From the NCBI GenBank assembly GCA_040285855.1, contig JAUFOQ010000017.1, forward strand, positions 186,001 to 250,000: a stretch of DNA of 64,000 bases, given 5' to 3'. Shown here piece by piece: positions 34,523-46,349 of the stretch. Position numbers and translations under genes: made by a program. The stretch is from Eukaryota sp. GEM-RC1. Taxonomy: Eukaryota. How positions within the stretch are numbered: position 1 is the stretch's first letter; the number at the start of each line of letters is the position of its first letter. The notes under the pieces are model-generated. The model was not told the DNA's origin, did no database searches, and saw only the letters and a program-made list of their open reading frames with translations.

Positions 34523-35857
34523 AGGAAGAGGGAAGTCAAAGTTAGATGGGAGATATCCACGTTAAGTGAATTTCACGAGTAGTAGCACCAAAAATTGTTG
34601 ACAACTACATGTAGAATTGTCTGAGCGGAACACCTTCCTTCTTTCACGTATAAACAATATCAACTCTTTTGATCTACCAAAAAGAAGCTACAAAAGATCT
34701 CTCAGGACGTCGTGAACATGTGTAACTATTTTTTGGATTGCCATCGATAAAGAAGAACATAATAAACACTTTTACAAAAGTGTCATTTTGCCATCTTAAC
34801 TAGAAGAGTCAAGACAGAGTTGTTAGGCAGTCCAGAGGCAACTTCAACACAGAACACCAACTTAAAATCTGCTGGGAAGTAGCTTGTACTTTGGCAAATA
34901 CAGTTGTTTTGAACTGAAAGTGAATCGTCGCTCTGCTTTGTACATGTAGTATAAACAGCATAGTATTTTTACCATTATATAAAGTTGCAAATGCCTTCAT
35001 TGAAAGAGTTTACAATAATTCGAAGAAATGATACTTCTTGGAGAATTAAGAATGATATTCGAATTCCAGGATACTGTATATGAAGAATAGACAAACAGCA
35101 AAGAGGAGCTAAAAATAGACAATCTATGAAATTAAAATTGTAACAATAAAAAAGTGGGAAGTCAGAGAATCTACTGTAGATGTGCGAAAATCAATTTGTT
35201 GGGTTGCTTTTTTTATGTGTCATGACTATAAGCCCCCAGAGTATAACTGGGTGTAAACCGTTTAGGCAAGCTAACGCAAAGCTTCTCTCAAAGTCAACTG
35301 AGTCCCCAAACCGATAAGTTTTACCGTTAGAAAATGTCCCCTCAACGCCATTCCTTTCAGAATACTCAACTAGATTTGACATGGAAAGTGGTAAGAATGC
35401 AGCATCTGCGAAGCTTTGACATCCCCAGGGGATGACTTACCTCAATTCTCTTGATAGCTCAAAGATCAAAGATGCCGTTCAGTCACATGGTTAGGTAAAT
35501 GGTTATATCAATAGTTAACCACCTTGAGACCGACCTGGTGAAGTATCTATCCCGATAGATATGTTTGTCAGATCAATTTAGATGGATTAAAGAAACTTTG
35601 TTCTGTGTAAGCAGTGTAAGCAGTCTGTCTATCTAAGTGATGTAGCCCGTTGATGAAGATCATGATTGTCTTTGTCAGATGATGCTATATGTCTCTTACA
35701 ACCAGTGAAAACAGGAGTGAATTTCATAACTGGGAGTAAGCAATAAAAGTGCAGTTTGAGTGAAATACTGTGAAATTCACACACTAGCACTAGCAGCAGC
35801 AGCAATGAGCACTACAAACAAACAGCAACCAAATCAATGCTATTATCTTCAATCTTG

Positions 35858-36389
35858 ATGATGAAAGTCCTCTTCACTATCACTTTGCTCATTGCACTAA
35901 CCTTTGCAGGCTGTCGCTGTCCTGGTACCTGTAATAGCTACTCTAGACCTGCCCCTGAATGTTTCTGCTGGTGCCAACGAACAGCTAATACCTTAAGAGC
36001 CTCCCCCTGATGCCAGGTGTACGTATTTTCCCAGTGGTTCCTTCAGCTCTGGTGGATGCTCTCTATGTGCTTCTAACATTAACAGCCTCGCCAGCGAAAC
36101 TTCTGCAATCGAAATCTTCGAAAAGAGTCTGTCGGAAGCCATTATGGGAATCGAAACCAACAGTGGTGTGGTCTTCCCTCTTCGCCGTTGTAAATGTCAT
36201 GATGGAACTTGCAAATGGGGTTTCACTGGTACGTACTCTCGCTGTGTTTCGTGGGCTAAAAGCCAGTCCAATCGCTTTTTGGATGGTCAGTATACCGTCT
36301 CCTACTTCCCTCGTGGTACATATTCTTCAGGAGGATGTAGCGTTTGTGGTGAAACAGATCCATGTAGGGCTTTTAAGAGTTATCAATAA
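35858..36389 (+). CDS. Secreted two-domain cysteine-rich protein, copy 3 (extra C near 36003-36007)
   Basis: MMKVLFTITLLIALTFAGCRCPGTC...FPSGSFSSGGCSLCASNINSL...FPLRRCKCHDGTC...ETDPC. Confidence 0.85.
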
Positions 36390-36618
36390 ATTCAAAGTAT
36401 ATTTTATGTAAGAAGTCAGTCAAATCGGAACATTTGAAGAGGTATGAGCGACAATCAGAGAATTCAGCAAACAAGAGTGAACTTTAAACATGGTTGAAGT
36501 GAAGAAACGCCGAAATATGGTGTGAATTACATGTCTTGATGAATGATACTTACAATGACGTGTCACTGTTGTTTTCTGAGATTTTCTTCAAATTGTTCAT
36601 ACTTTGATTGTTGTTGTA

Positions 36619-37161
36619 ATGAACGTTTCTGACGCTATTGATAAAAGACGATCTGTCCGCCAGTATCTTGATGAAGAAGTTGATGAAGCCACGATGGAGA
36701 AGATTCTTCATGCAGGACTCAGAGCACCTAGTGCCATGAACAAACAACAAACTTCGTTCGTCGTTTGCAGGAATCATGAAGTTCTTGATGAAATCTCCAA
36801 GATGTGTGTTGCCTCGTTTCCTGAAGCTCTTTCTGGTTACAAATCCCGCTTTGCTGACAAGTCCATCTTCTATAATGCCCCTATTGTTGTCTTTGTTCAC
36901 GCAGATCACGGATGTCCTGGATGGGAGATCGGTGATTCTTCGATTTCCATGGCACAAATGTGCTTACAAGCTACTGAACTCGGAATTGGTTCATGTATCA
37001 TTGGATTAGTGACCATGGGATCTGCTGAAGCTCAGACTAAGGTTAAGGAACTCCTCAGTATTCCTCAAGAGAATCAAATGGTTGCTGCTGTTATCTTTGG
37101 AAAGCCTAAGTATGATGGTAAAGCTCCTGCTATCAAAGAAGGACGTGTATCTTTTGTCTAA
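36619..37161 (+). CDS. Nitroreductase-family flavoprotein
   Basis: AIDKRRSVRQY, APSAMNKQ, FYNAP, LQATELGIGSCII. Confidence 0.92.
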   Translation: MNVSDAIDKRRSVRQYLDEEVDEATMEKILHAGLRAPSAMNKQQTSFVVCRNHEVLDEISKMCVASFPEALSGYKSRFADKSIFYNAPIVVFVHADHGCPGWEIGDSSISMAQMCLQATELGIGSCIIGLVTMGSAEAQTKVKELLSIPQENQMVAAVIFGKPKYDGKAPAIKEGRVSFV

Positions 37162-37455
37162 TTTTGTTATGTGTTTATGTGAATATATCTTCTGTGGTTT
37201 ATCATAGTGTACCTGAAATAATGTGCATTCAAATACGTAATTTGAAATTCTGGTTTTTCCACATGATTTCTACATAAGAGTACAGTCGACCCTCCCATTA
37301 GAATGAGAAGGTGGCCTGTTCTAAGAAATTAAATTAAAACAACTAAATACTATAACTGAACATGCTTCAAAGAAAAACACACAATATACAATCAAAAAAC
37401 AAACAGGACAGCAAGAACTGTAACAGCGACAACACTAACATCAATTAGACACCAA

Positions 37456-38961
37456 TCAATTGCGTCGTTGAGCAGATTTATATCCATCCATCCATTGCCT
37501 GGCGCGTTCAACTCGAGTCTGTTCTTCTGCTACGTTCTTCATCATAGCACGTCTCTGATTAAGCACTTTCCGTTGAAGATCAATCACCTTTTGTCGTTGT
37601 TGCTCTGCTGATTGCGATTGCTTTTTGATTGCCAATGACAAGAAATCACCTCCAACTTCTTCTTCTTCTTCCGAGAAAGTCTCAGAGTCGAGCTCATCAT
37701 CATGATTGTTATTCTCGTCACCTGAGTGAACCTTATTCTTGTCCATAGACCTCACAATATCATAAATCTCGGTCAATGCTTTCTTTGACTCACTAAACTC
37801 AGCAATACTTCGTTCAAGTACTGAGACAGTCAACAAATATCTTTTAAGTCCATCAACAGTGACAGTTTCAAGTGATGGTAACGTAGAAGGTTCTTGAGAA
37901 GACCAAAGAGTGGCAGGAATTGCAGTCACATCAACAACGTCACGCAATGCTGACTCATCGTTGTACTCATCAATCAAAAATCTATTCTGAGCCTTATGTC
38001 GAGCATAGATTTTCTTATACTCAGATAAAAGATTGTTGATTGTTACACCAACAACAAGATTAACAAAAACAAAAGCTCCAATAGTAATGAAAATAACAAA
38101 ATAAATAGCAGTAATCCCAAATAATCCTCGTTCTCTATGAATCTTTGTTATATCCCACCATCCATCCAAAGTTAACATGATAAAACAAGTAAACATTGCT
38201 TCTCCTACAGATCCAAAGTGCTCAGGAACTTCCTGTCCAAATAGAGAAACACCTAATACTGCCCAAATGAATAGGACAATCATTAGAAGACCAGCAATGT
38301 TAGCCATGTCAGGTAGAGACCGGAGGATTGTTTGAACTATTACTTGTAATCCTTGTAGAATGGAGATTGACCTTAGAGTTCTAAAGGCACGCAGAACTCT
38401 AAGAATACGCAAGACTCTCCCTGAAGCCATATAGGAAGCACCCGAGCCAAGAAGGGAAACAGCTACAATGGCAAAGTCAAAGTTGTTCCACCCAGTTTTC
38501 CAAAAGACCCAAAAGCCATTGTAGAACTTTAAAAGAAGCTCAATTACAAAGATTGTAAGAAAAACAGAGTCTACTGTTGACAGGAGAGAAGCAAAGCGTT
38601 CTTCAACACTAGAAGAGGTTTGAGCACCAACGAGAATGGAATTAACTAGAATAATGAAGAGGATGAAGCCACGGAAGGCTGCGGATTGAATAAGACGACC
38701 TACCAGGTCATCACTAATGTAGAGTTCATAAGCTTCTTGAACATCTTGGTCTACAATTTCGGAAAAAGCAAATGTTTTCTTAGTTGGTATTGTTGCTGAT
38801 GGTTTTTCAGAAGAGAATATTCGATGTTTGGTTGAAGAAGGAAGAAATATAGGACGGGTTTCGGGTACACTGAGTGAGTCAGGCTTAGATACCGGTGGAA
38901 GTCCAAAAGAAGAAGGGTCTATGAGATGAAAGTCAGGGAAGATCAGAGGAGAACTTGACAT
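37456..38961 (-). CDS. Single-domain 6TM voltage-gated cation channel, CatSper-alpha-like
   Basis: GWNNFDF, S4 RVLRILRVLRAFRTLR, pore MLTLDGWWD, NLVVGVTINNL, C-terminal coiled coil. Confidence 0.8.
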   Translation of the reverse strand: MSSSPLIFPDFHLIDPSSFGLPPVSKPDSLSVPETRPIFLPSSTKHRIFSSEKPSATIPTKKTFAFSEIVDQDVQEAYELYISDDLVGRLIQSAAFRGFILFIILVNSILVGAQTSSSVEERFASLLSTVDSVFLTIFVIELLLKFYNGFWVFWKTGWNNFDFAIVAVSLLGSGASYMASGRVLRILRVLRAFRTLRSISILQGLQVIVQTILRSLPDMANIAGLLMIVLFIWAVLGVSLFGQEVPEHFGSVGEAMFTCFIMLTLDGWWDITKIHRERGLFGITAIYFVIFITIGAFVFVNLVVGVTINNLLSEYKKIYARHKAQNRFLIDEYNDESALRDVVDVTAIPATLWSSQEPSTLPSLETVTVDGLKRYLLTVSVLERSIAEFSESKKALTEIYDIVRSMDKNKVHSGDENNNHDDELDSETFSEEEEEVGGDFLSLAIKKQSQSAEQQRQKVIDLQRKVLNQRRAMMKNVAEEQTRVERARQWMDGYKSAQRRN

Positions 38962-39113
38962 TAGGATGAACTTCTGGTTCAGAATCGCTATCTGTTATAT
39001 CATCAGTCATCTATATAAATGTACAGTATTGATTATTGTTAGTTGGATGAACTACTATTAGTAGTAGATGAGGAGATGAAAAACAAAACCTGGACAAATT
39101 CTCCAACATTACT

Positions 39114-39926
39114 ATGGGTGGCCACGATTTCAATCCCTATGTTAAAACTGTACAATCTACCAACGCATCTATTGTACGTTACTCCTTTGGGAAGTCAACT
39201 TTTGAAATATTGACCAAACCTGGATCAATTTCTCAATATCGCAAGGGCCAATTAGGTCTTTCTAACTGTCTTGTGGGCGATGAAGTCTTCAAAATGCCTC
39301 ATCAGGCGATCGCCCCAGTGATGCTGAACTCATTGAAGCCTTTGGCACCGCCGATCAGTTCAAAGTGATCGAAAAAATCGCTAGTGAAGGTGAAGTGCAA
39401 TTAACAGCAGCAGAGCGTCGCGAACTTGTAGAAGCCAAACGCAGAGCAATGATCGCTTACATTCATCGTAACTTCATTGACCCTAAATCCCGCCTGTATG
39501 TTCTTAGATTGTTTTCCTTATTGCAGTCCTATCCCTGTAACAAGGATCGAAAACGCCTTTGACCAGATTCATCTCCGCATTGACCCCTTCCAGCCAGCTG
39601 AACGACAGGTTCAAGAACAGGTAATGAAACACATTGTCTCTCTGATTCCAATGAAGAAGTCTGAAATCGAAGGAACGGTATTCCTTCCTCACTCTGTATT
39701 AGGTAAATGCTTATCCATCATTCATCAGTATTCTACTGTCAACAAGGAGAATTATTCCAGTGAAGGTTGTGAACTCCAAGTAACTCTGGCACCTGGAGAC
39801 TTTGACCAATTCAATAGAGCATTGTCTGATGCATCGAAAGGTGAAGTTTCAATTAATGTTGGTGGAACAGTGCAACCTGTAGAGGAATCTTCTCAATCCA
39901 AAAAGAAGGGCAGAGGAAAAAGGTAA
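39114..39926 (+). CDS. SBDS/Sdo1-family ribosome maturation factor; missing A near 39292, intron 39496..39526
   Basis: [58 protein letters not shown]. Confidence 0.88.
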
Positions 39927-40092
39927 TGTAATTTCTGGTAAATGTGTACATTATCTAACTTGTAAATAAAGTTTAAATACGCCTCTAACTTAATACTATG
40001 TACTGTGTACTAGCGGTGTTCAAATATTTGTTGTTTTTGAATAGTTTCCTTCTCTGCGGCTTTCACGGTGTAAAATCCACATCCGTGCCTAC

Positions 40093-40174
40093 TACTACTA
40101 CACTGGTTTGTCTAATTAGTCTCACTGAGACTAAATTGCTGATGAGACTAATCAGACAAACCAGTGTAGTAGTA
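40093..40174. repeat. Near-perfect 32-bp inverted repeat (probable tiny MITE CACTGG...CCAGTG flanked by TA)
   Basis: Arms 40093-40124 and 40143-40174 are reverse complements with one mismatch. Confidence 0.8.
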
Positions 40175-40587
40175 TATTCAGTTGAATATTCCCCCTCACC
40201 TCCACAACATTACCACATTCTAGTACTTCTGGTATTCTGACCTCATGCTCAACGATCTGATGATCCTTACATGATCTTTAAACAAATCGGAATAAATAGA
40301 ACAACTGTAGGCTGTGAATTGAAGTCACCATCAAAACTTTCACTTTCAGTTTTGTTTGAAAATGGCTACATCGACATATTGCAAAATCCTCCTATTTGCT
40401 ATGCATAATGGGATTGTATGTATTTTTCGGATTTCATCTGTCAAAAACTAGTTTGATTTTCTGAAAATTGCAAATGCTTAAACGAGATCAACAGCAGACA
40501 ATGAAGACTCAGAAGACTCTATATATGATTTACAAGAACGTGAACTGGACCGCCACCAATCACGGCATTCATGAACATAGTTGTATC

Positions 40588-42718
40588 TAGGGTTGGGCAA
40601 AACTCCACTCGAGTTCTATGAGTAGAATCCAAACTCCACTTCACTCCACTTCACTCCAAATTTCTACGAGTTGGAGTCGAGTTGGAGTTCTGTCAAAATT
40701 TTACGAGTAAGTCGAGTTGGAGTGAAACTTGTGATTTAATCAGTATTTTTGAGTAAGCTGTACATCGTGTACAATAGTTTTACCGCTGTAGAGTAACACC
40801 TATATGCTTTGTCACTAGAAACAAGGTAAACAAATAAAGGAAAGTCTAACAAGTTGTTTATCTTATTTATTAAACTAAGGCTATGAAGGGACGTTTAGAT
40901 TCATTGCATACCATGATTTAAGACAAAGAAGTTCTTCCAAAACTTCATCAGAGAGACGATTTCTTGTTTTGCTGAGCGTACGTCCACTTGCAGAAAAACA
41001 TCGTTCTGATGCAACTGATGATACCTGTACAGCAAGAAACTGACGAGCTATGGAAGAAAGAACAGGGTACTTATCTGTTCGGTGTTTCCAAAAATTTTAA
41101 AGGATTAGAAGTAAGGGGTTCCAATTAGGACTGTGCAGGTTTGGGTTTCAAAAAGTTTCAAACCCCAACCTGGTTTAGGTTTGGTTTGGTTTTCCAAAAA
41201 TGGGTTCAGGTTCCGCTAGGTCTTTAAGTTTTAGGTTCAGGTTCCGCTAGGTTTTTAAGATTTAGGTTTAGGTTCAGCTAGGTTTTGTAAAAAAAGGTTT
41301 AGGTTCAAACCTAGTAAACCCGATATGTACTATGAATTAAAAATACACTGTAGTTGAGTGGTACACTGTCAAAATAAAGTTGTTCTTACGGTAGTACTAG
41401 ATAAGCTTTATTATTAATGCTCGAATATCACAAACAACTACTAGTGGTGCTACTTTTCTTTTTGAGAAATTACCCTAAAACAAAGTTTTTGAAACCTGAG
41501 TTCCAAAAACAAAGTTTCTCAAACCTTTTTTCCCAAAAACAAAGTTTTTTTGGAGGATTGCCCCAAAACAAAGTTTCTCAAACCTCTACAAACTTTGTAG
41601 TGTTTCTGTATCGGCTATAAAGTTCAAAATGCAACAGTCTCAGGTTTGAAAAACTTTGTTTTTGGGCGAAGACTCTTTCTTTTCAAAAAATGTCTCCAAT
41701 CCTTAAGACTGACAATTGCTTGGATACTTTCATCGGACAGAGAAGCTCTATATTCTGTAACTGTGTGTCCAGCAGAAGAAAAAACCTGTTCGCAACAAAC
41801 AGAAGTTGCTTGGATACCGAGAAAATCTTTGGCCAAGCTGGCCAAAATAGGATAACGGTTGGAATTTGCGTTCCATTATGTGAGTGGATCTTTAGATTGA
41901 GACAAAATACTTTCACCCAAATAGTCCATCAACTAGGAATGTGCAGGTTTGGGTTTCAAAATAGTTTCAAACCCCAAACCTGATTTAGGTTTGGTTTGGT
42001 TTTATTAAAAACGGTTTAGGTTTGGTTTTATTAAAAACGGTTTAGGTTCAGCTAGGTTTAGTAAAAAAAGGTTTGGTTTGAAACCTAAACCCGAACCTGC
42101 ACAGTCCTAGTTCCAATGGACCTAGTTCAAACGAGTCAAGTTCGCCAATCGGCTCCTCATGTTGATCAACCAGATGTGAAACAGCCAAACGGAGAGAGCA
42201 TTCGGGTACGGGTTCAATATCAACGACTTCACCTTCAACGATTGCAGGTTCTGCAGGTTCTGCAGGTTGGACTTCTACTGATTCAATATCAAGAGAGGGT
42301 TGATGTGAAATAAAATATTCTTTGAACTGCTCTCTGAAGTTTTCAGTCTTCAACTTCAATGGCATCAATCTCGTCTTAAAACGAGGATCAAGAAGCATAT
42401 CAACATATGTTGTGAAGTTATAGATGTGATCATGCTTATCCTTCATCGATGAAATCATCCGCAACACCCATGGTCTGTGTCGGTCGCTGGAGGAAGGCGG
42501 TCGATATTGAACAAGAAGATTCCTTTCTTGTTTATAAGCATTCGGAGTAAAACTAAAATTCAGAAGTGGAGTGAAGTGTTCAAGTGACTTGAGTTTGGAG
42601 TGAAGTGAAGTTGGAGTGAAGTTCACTTGTAAAATTTATTGTTTGGAGTGAAGTCGAGTTGGAGTTCTAAAATTTCTACGAGTGGAGTAAAGTCGAGGTT
42701 GGAGTTTGCCCATCCCTT
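40588..42718 (-). mobile_element. Deleted hAT element (outer), interrupted by a second hAT element
   Basis: Ends TAGGGTTGGGCAAAACTCC / GGAGTTTGCCATCCCTT; GAGT/ACTC subterminal repeats; LLDPRFK and KYPVLSSIARQFLAVQVSSVASERCFS transposase remnants on either side of the insert. Confidence 0.85.
41126..42109 (-). mobile_element. Deleted hAT element (inner, nested)
   Basis: TIR TAGGACTGTGCAGGTT; perfect TSD GTTCCAAT (41118-41125, 42110-42117); GGTTT repeats; LAKDFLGIQATSVCCEQVFSSAG dimerisation domain. Confidence 0.93.
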
Positions 42719-42785
42719 GATACAACTTGTATCAAACACGGGCAAAATAATAACAAAATACAGAACACAAAAATGCAATAAAGAA

Positions 42786-43422
42786 TAGTGTTACACGAAA
42801 CGTGGAAACGTTTCCACGTTGTACTTTTTCAGAAACGTTTCCAAAACGTTCCTTTGCATTTGGAAACGGATTGCAAACGTGGAAGACGTTTCCGAAACGT
42901 CGATTAGAACATCATACTTATACAGTGTTACATAGTGTTTATTGTCATATTAACTCACCAAAAACTATAACCTTCAAGCATATCATACAGAGTGGGTGAA
43001 CACTCATTCTACTCTATAGATCGTCCTCAAGTATATCTAAAAGAGGATCAATGTGAGACTCTGATTCAGATTGAGGTTTTTACAAATTTTGTTCCCAGGA
43101 AGAGCATACAGATGTTGCCTCATCCGGTGGGTACTCTACAAAGGGTCTATGACCGCAAAGCTTACATATTACCTTGGGATCTTTTTCCTTCCACACTAGA
43201 AGATGAGTATCATCATCAACAATGATCACATCCTCATCAGTACAGTCAATGATGACTGTCGTGAAGTAATCTGACAGCTCCTTCATGAAACAAGTTAGAA
43301 GAGTGAGGGTGAGAGTGAGTGATAAGATCAGACACGTAAAAAACACGTTTCGGAAACGTGGAAACGTGGAAACGTTTCAAAAACGTTTCCAAATTGAAAT
43401 TCACTCGTTTCGTGTAACACTA
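42786..43422. mobile_element. Non-autonomous hAT-type element
   Basis: TIR TAGTGTTACACGAAACG; perfect TSD ATAAAGAA; GAAACG subterminal repeats; internal KVICKLC (possible BED-finger remnant). Confidence 0.92.
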
Positions 43423-43794
43423 ATAAAGAACACTGTATTAAGTATATTTTTCATCTTGTAATTACAAGTATTCAACTATGTGCACTGAGTCCAACGACTG
43501 TAAACGGGATTGATATTCAGGGTTATCATGCTTCACGTCTTCAGTACGCATTCTTGGACTTCTTTTTATTTATCAACCCAATAGTCCTTTCGAATCTAAA
43601 ATGCACCAAGGGTGAAAATGTTCGTTTGGTCCACAGAAATGATGTGGACTCCAAGTTCGTGACAGTGCTTCCACAATTTGACAGACTGACCTCCATTCTT
43701 CGGAAGGAAGTGAAGTCATGGATATATGCAAAGAGGAAACTAAACACGAATATTTATTACAAAAACTATTGAAAAGACGATTGAGATCAGGGCG

Positions 43795-44458
43795 CAGGCC
43801 CTCTCATAAGATAATTTAAAATAATCTGAACATCAAAAAGTGCCAAAAATAAATGTGAAATAAATATAATTAAAACAAAATAAAACACAAATATAAGCAA
43901 AATATTATTAAACAAGTCTTAGTTCAAGTCATGGTAAGGGAAACCAGTTCATTGGATAGTTTTTGGCTCATCTAATCATATCTGAGTCATAGATGTGATA
44001 GATAATCTGACCTTTTTCTTCTTATGATTGCTCCAATATTGTCATTTCATCGAGACCCATGAAGATCGAACAGCATTTTAGTTGCTATAAAGTTTCTTTC
44101 GTTCACTCCTAAAGAAAAGATGGATTGGATGAGAAAACCGCTTCATCAACTTCTACTAATCCGTTGTAGGAAATATTGAAAGTTTCATTGAAATGAGCAC
44201 AATGTTCGTTTATATTGAGGATTATGACAGCCAGTTGGCACGCGTTCATTTTGACTATGATGTAAAAGAGAGTTTTACACTTAGATTGAGTATAAAGGGC
44301 CTCAAGTGTATGGATAAACGAAAGAGATTTTATTTATATTTATTTATATTTTGTTTTATTTTGTTTTATTTGCATAATCGCCAAAAAGGCTCAAAAATAA
44401 ATATAAATAGAAATAAATAGAAATAAATAGAATTTATATTTATTTATGAGGAGCCCTG
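43795..44458. mobile_element. Older hAT-type MITE
   Basis: Imperfect TIR CAGGCCCTCTCATAA / TTATGAGGAGCCCTG; TSD TCAGGGCG/ACAGGGCG; AAATA repeats. Possibly inserted into the end of an AAAGT-repeat MITE that runs to ~44578. Confidence 0.7.
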
Positions 44459-44809
44459 ACAGGGCGTACTTTACTGGCCTTAAAGTAACTTTAAGTGAAA
44501 GTAAAGTAGCGCTTAAAGTAAAGTAAACTACTTTACTTTACTTTAATTTTGAATTTCGGACTACTTTAGTGAAGCCTGATGTGGAGTTATACAATGTAAC
44601 TTTTGACACTTTTGTTATCGTACGTAAATTTCTGTGTAGGGTAATTCTAGCCTACTACATGTAGTATGTCACTTCTCTTTTGACTCACAAGTTATGAACA
44701 CATACCGTCATCATTGCGCTTCTGATCTTGGTCTACAATGTATTTCTCGTGAACACTAATTAATATACATCAGATTTTTATCATAATTCTAATAAATTTC
44801 TAGTTATTC

Positions 44810-45916
44810 CTAAGCTTTAGACCACTTAAGAGCCGAAGCAAACACAGGCTCACTCTCTGGAATCTCCTCAATCACTTTCCTACTCTGAGAATAAAAGAGT
44901 TCATAATCAGCCCAATAATCCTTAGGATTCCACGGTGGATGAGTGACATAATGAATCAAGGCCTGATTGGGAACAGTTTTCCAAGGTAAAGCATTGAACT
45001 GAGCACCAATCTGAGTCCATTGGTTGCTGTAGAAACGAGATAGTACACTTTCATCTGGTCCTGCGTTGTCATTAGATGATTGTTCAAGATACTCGTGAGC
45101 AAACCTTCCTAATTTGATCAGATCAATGATTGAAGGTTTAAGAAGAAGCACATCACCACTGATTCCATAAGCCTTTTGCAGACTGTTCTCTAAGTGCCTT
45201 CGAAGAATAATCCTTCCATGTTTAATTGAGAAGTCCCCTGAGAGAGTGCCAGCAGGGCAATTGAGCTGAAAGACCTGATCCATGATATTAACGTTTAGAC
45301 AGAGAGTATCAGCATCAAGAAATAACACTTTATCATACTGTGTTAGTTCGAGAGCATTGAACTTAGTGAAAGCACATCCAATCCACTGGTAGAGTTTTCC
45401 GAAGCGTTTCCACTTCGTAGGTTGAATCCTGGCATCGTAATTGTAAGGGATATCAACAACGTGTGTGTAGATCTTTGAAATAAGTTCTTTGCTATTCTCA
45501 GAAACATCAGGTGTGCACAGACAGAATAGATCGTGGGATGAGTTCTTGAGAGTGTGACCAAGAGTAAGAATTCCTGGCAGATAACTATCTCCTCTCATTA
45601 GAAGTGTTACGTAACAACACTTTGAGGGAGATACAGGAGTTATGGTTGATAGAGGGCTGGGTGCTTTTGGAAGAGTGTTGGTGATGTTGGATGCAATGGT
45701 GTTCAATCGAGTGCTTACGGATAGAAACTTTTCGCAGAAGGGAAAGATCTTCATGTAATCGACATGGTGTTGCTTTGAGAACGGATGGTATCGAAGAATG
45801 TAGTTTTTGAGAACAGAAGAAAGTAACTCATCATCTAGAATAATAGGATCGCCGATAATGCGAGCAGTTTTTGGAGGGCGAGATTGTCCTCTAGATCGGC
45901 GTTTGCGATAGGACAT
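44810..45916 (-). CDS. Glycosyltransferase family 8 (glycogenin-like)
   Basis: YVTLL..SYLPG, FTKFNALELTQYDKVLFLDAD (DxD), IHY...PW. Confidence 0.88.
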   Translation of the reverse strand: MSYRKRRSRGQSRPPKTARIIGDPIILDDELLSSVLKNYILRYHPFSKQHHVDYMKIFPFCEKFLSVSTRLNTIASNITNTLPKAPSPLSTITPVSPSKCCYVTLLMRGDSYLPGILTLGHTLKNSSHDLFCLCTPDVSENSKELISKIYTHVVDIPYNYDARIQPTKWKRFGKLYQWIGCAFTKFNALELTQYDKVLFLDADTLCLNVNIMDQVFQLNCPAGTLSGDFSIKHGRIILRRHLENSLQKAYGISGDVLLLKPSIIDLIKLGRFAHEYLEQSSNDNAGPDESVLSRFYSNQWTQIGAQFNALPWKTVPNQALIHYVTHPPWNPKDYWADYELFYSQSRKVIEEIPESEPVFASALKWSKA

Positions 45917-46349
45917 GTGGAGGGGAAATTGATATTTTAAAAAATAACACTGTTTTTCCAGATTTGAAAGTTGAGCATGAAATCAATTTCACACAGACAC
46001 CTCATCTACTACTCATATTATAATGTAATTGAAAAAAACATGTTACCAACTCAAAAATACAGTGGTACAGAGAAATGTGTATTGAAGGAGAATTGTAGAC
46101 ACAGCTGCACATTACACTAACTACTTCATTGTCATTGCATCATTACAGCCATTTTTGAAAAATAGACGTGGGGGAAACAAACTACAAGTACATCTTGATA
46201 CAGCCCTAATCCAAAACAATTGGGGTACTGTTCAATGTTGTTCAGAAGCTTTTGTTGTGGATTTAATATAAAAGTGTTAAAAGCAATGGTTTCAACTAAT
46301 CAGTTCAAAAACAAACAATTCACACGACAGATATTTACAAATAAAAACA

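Noticed and set aside
41140..42100. Interstitial telomeric repeats (TTTAGG/GGTTT)
   Set aside because: Irregular and confined within a TIR/TSD-bounded hAT element.
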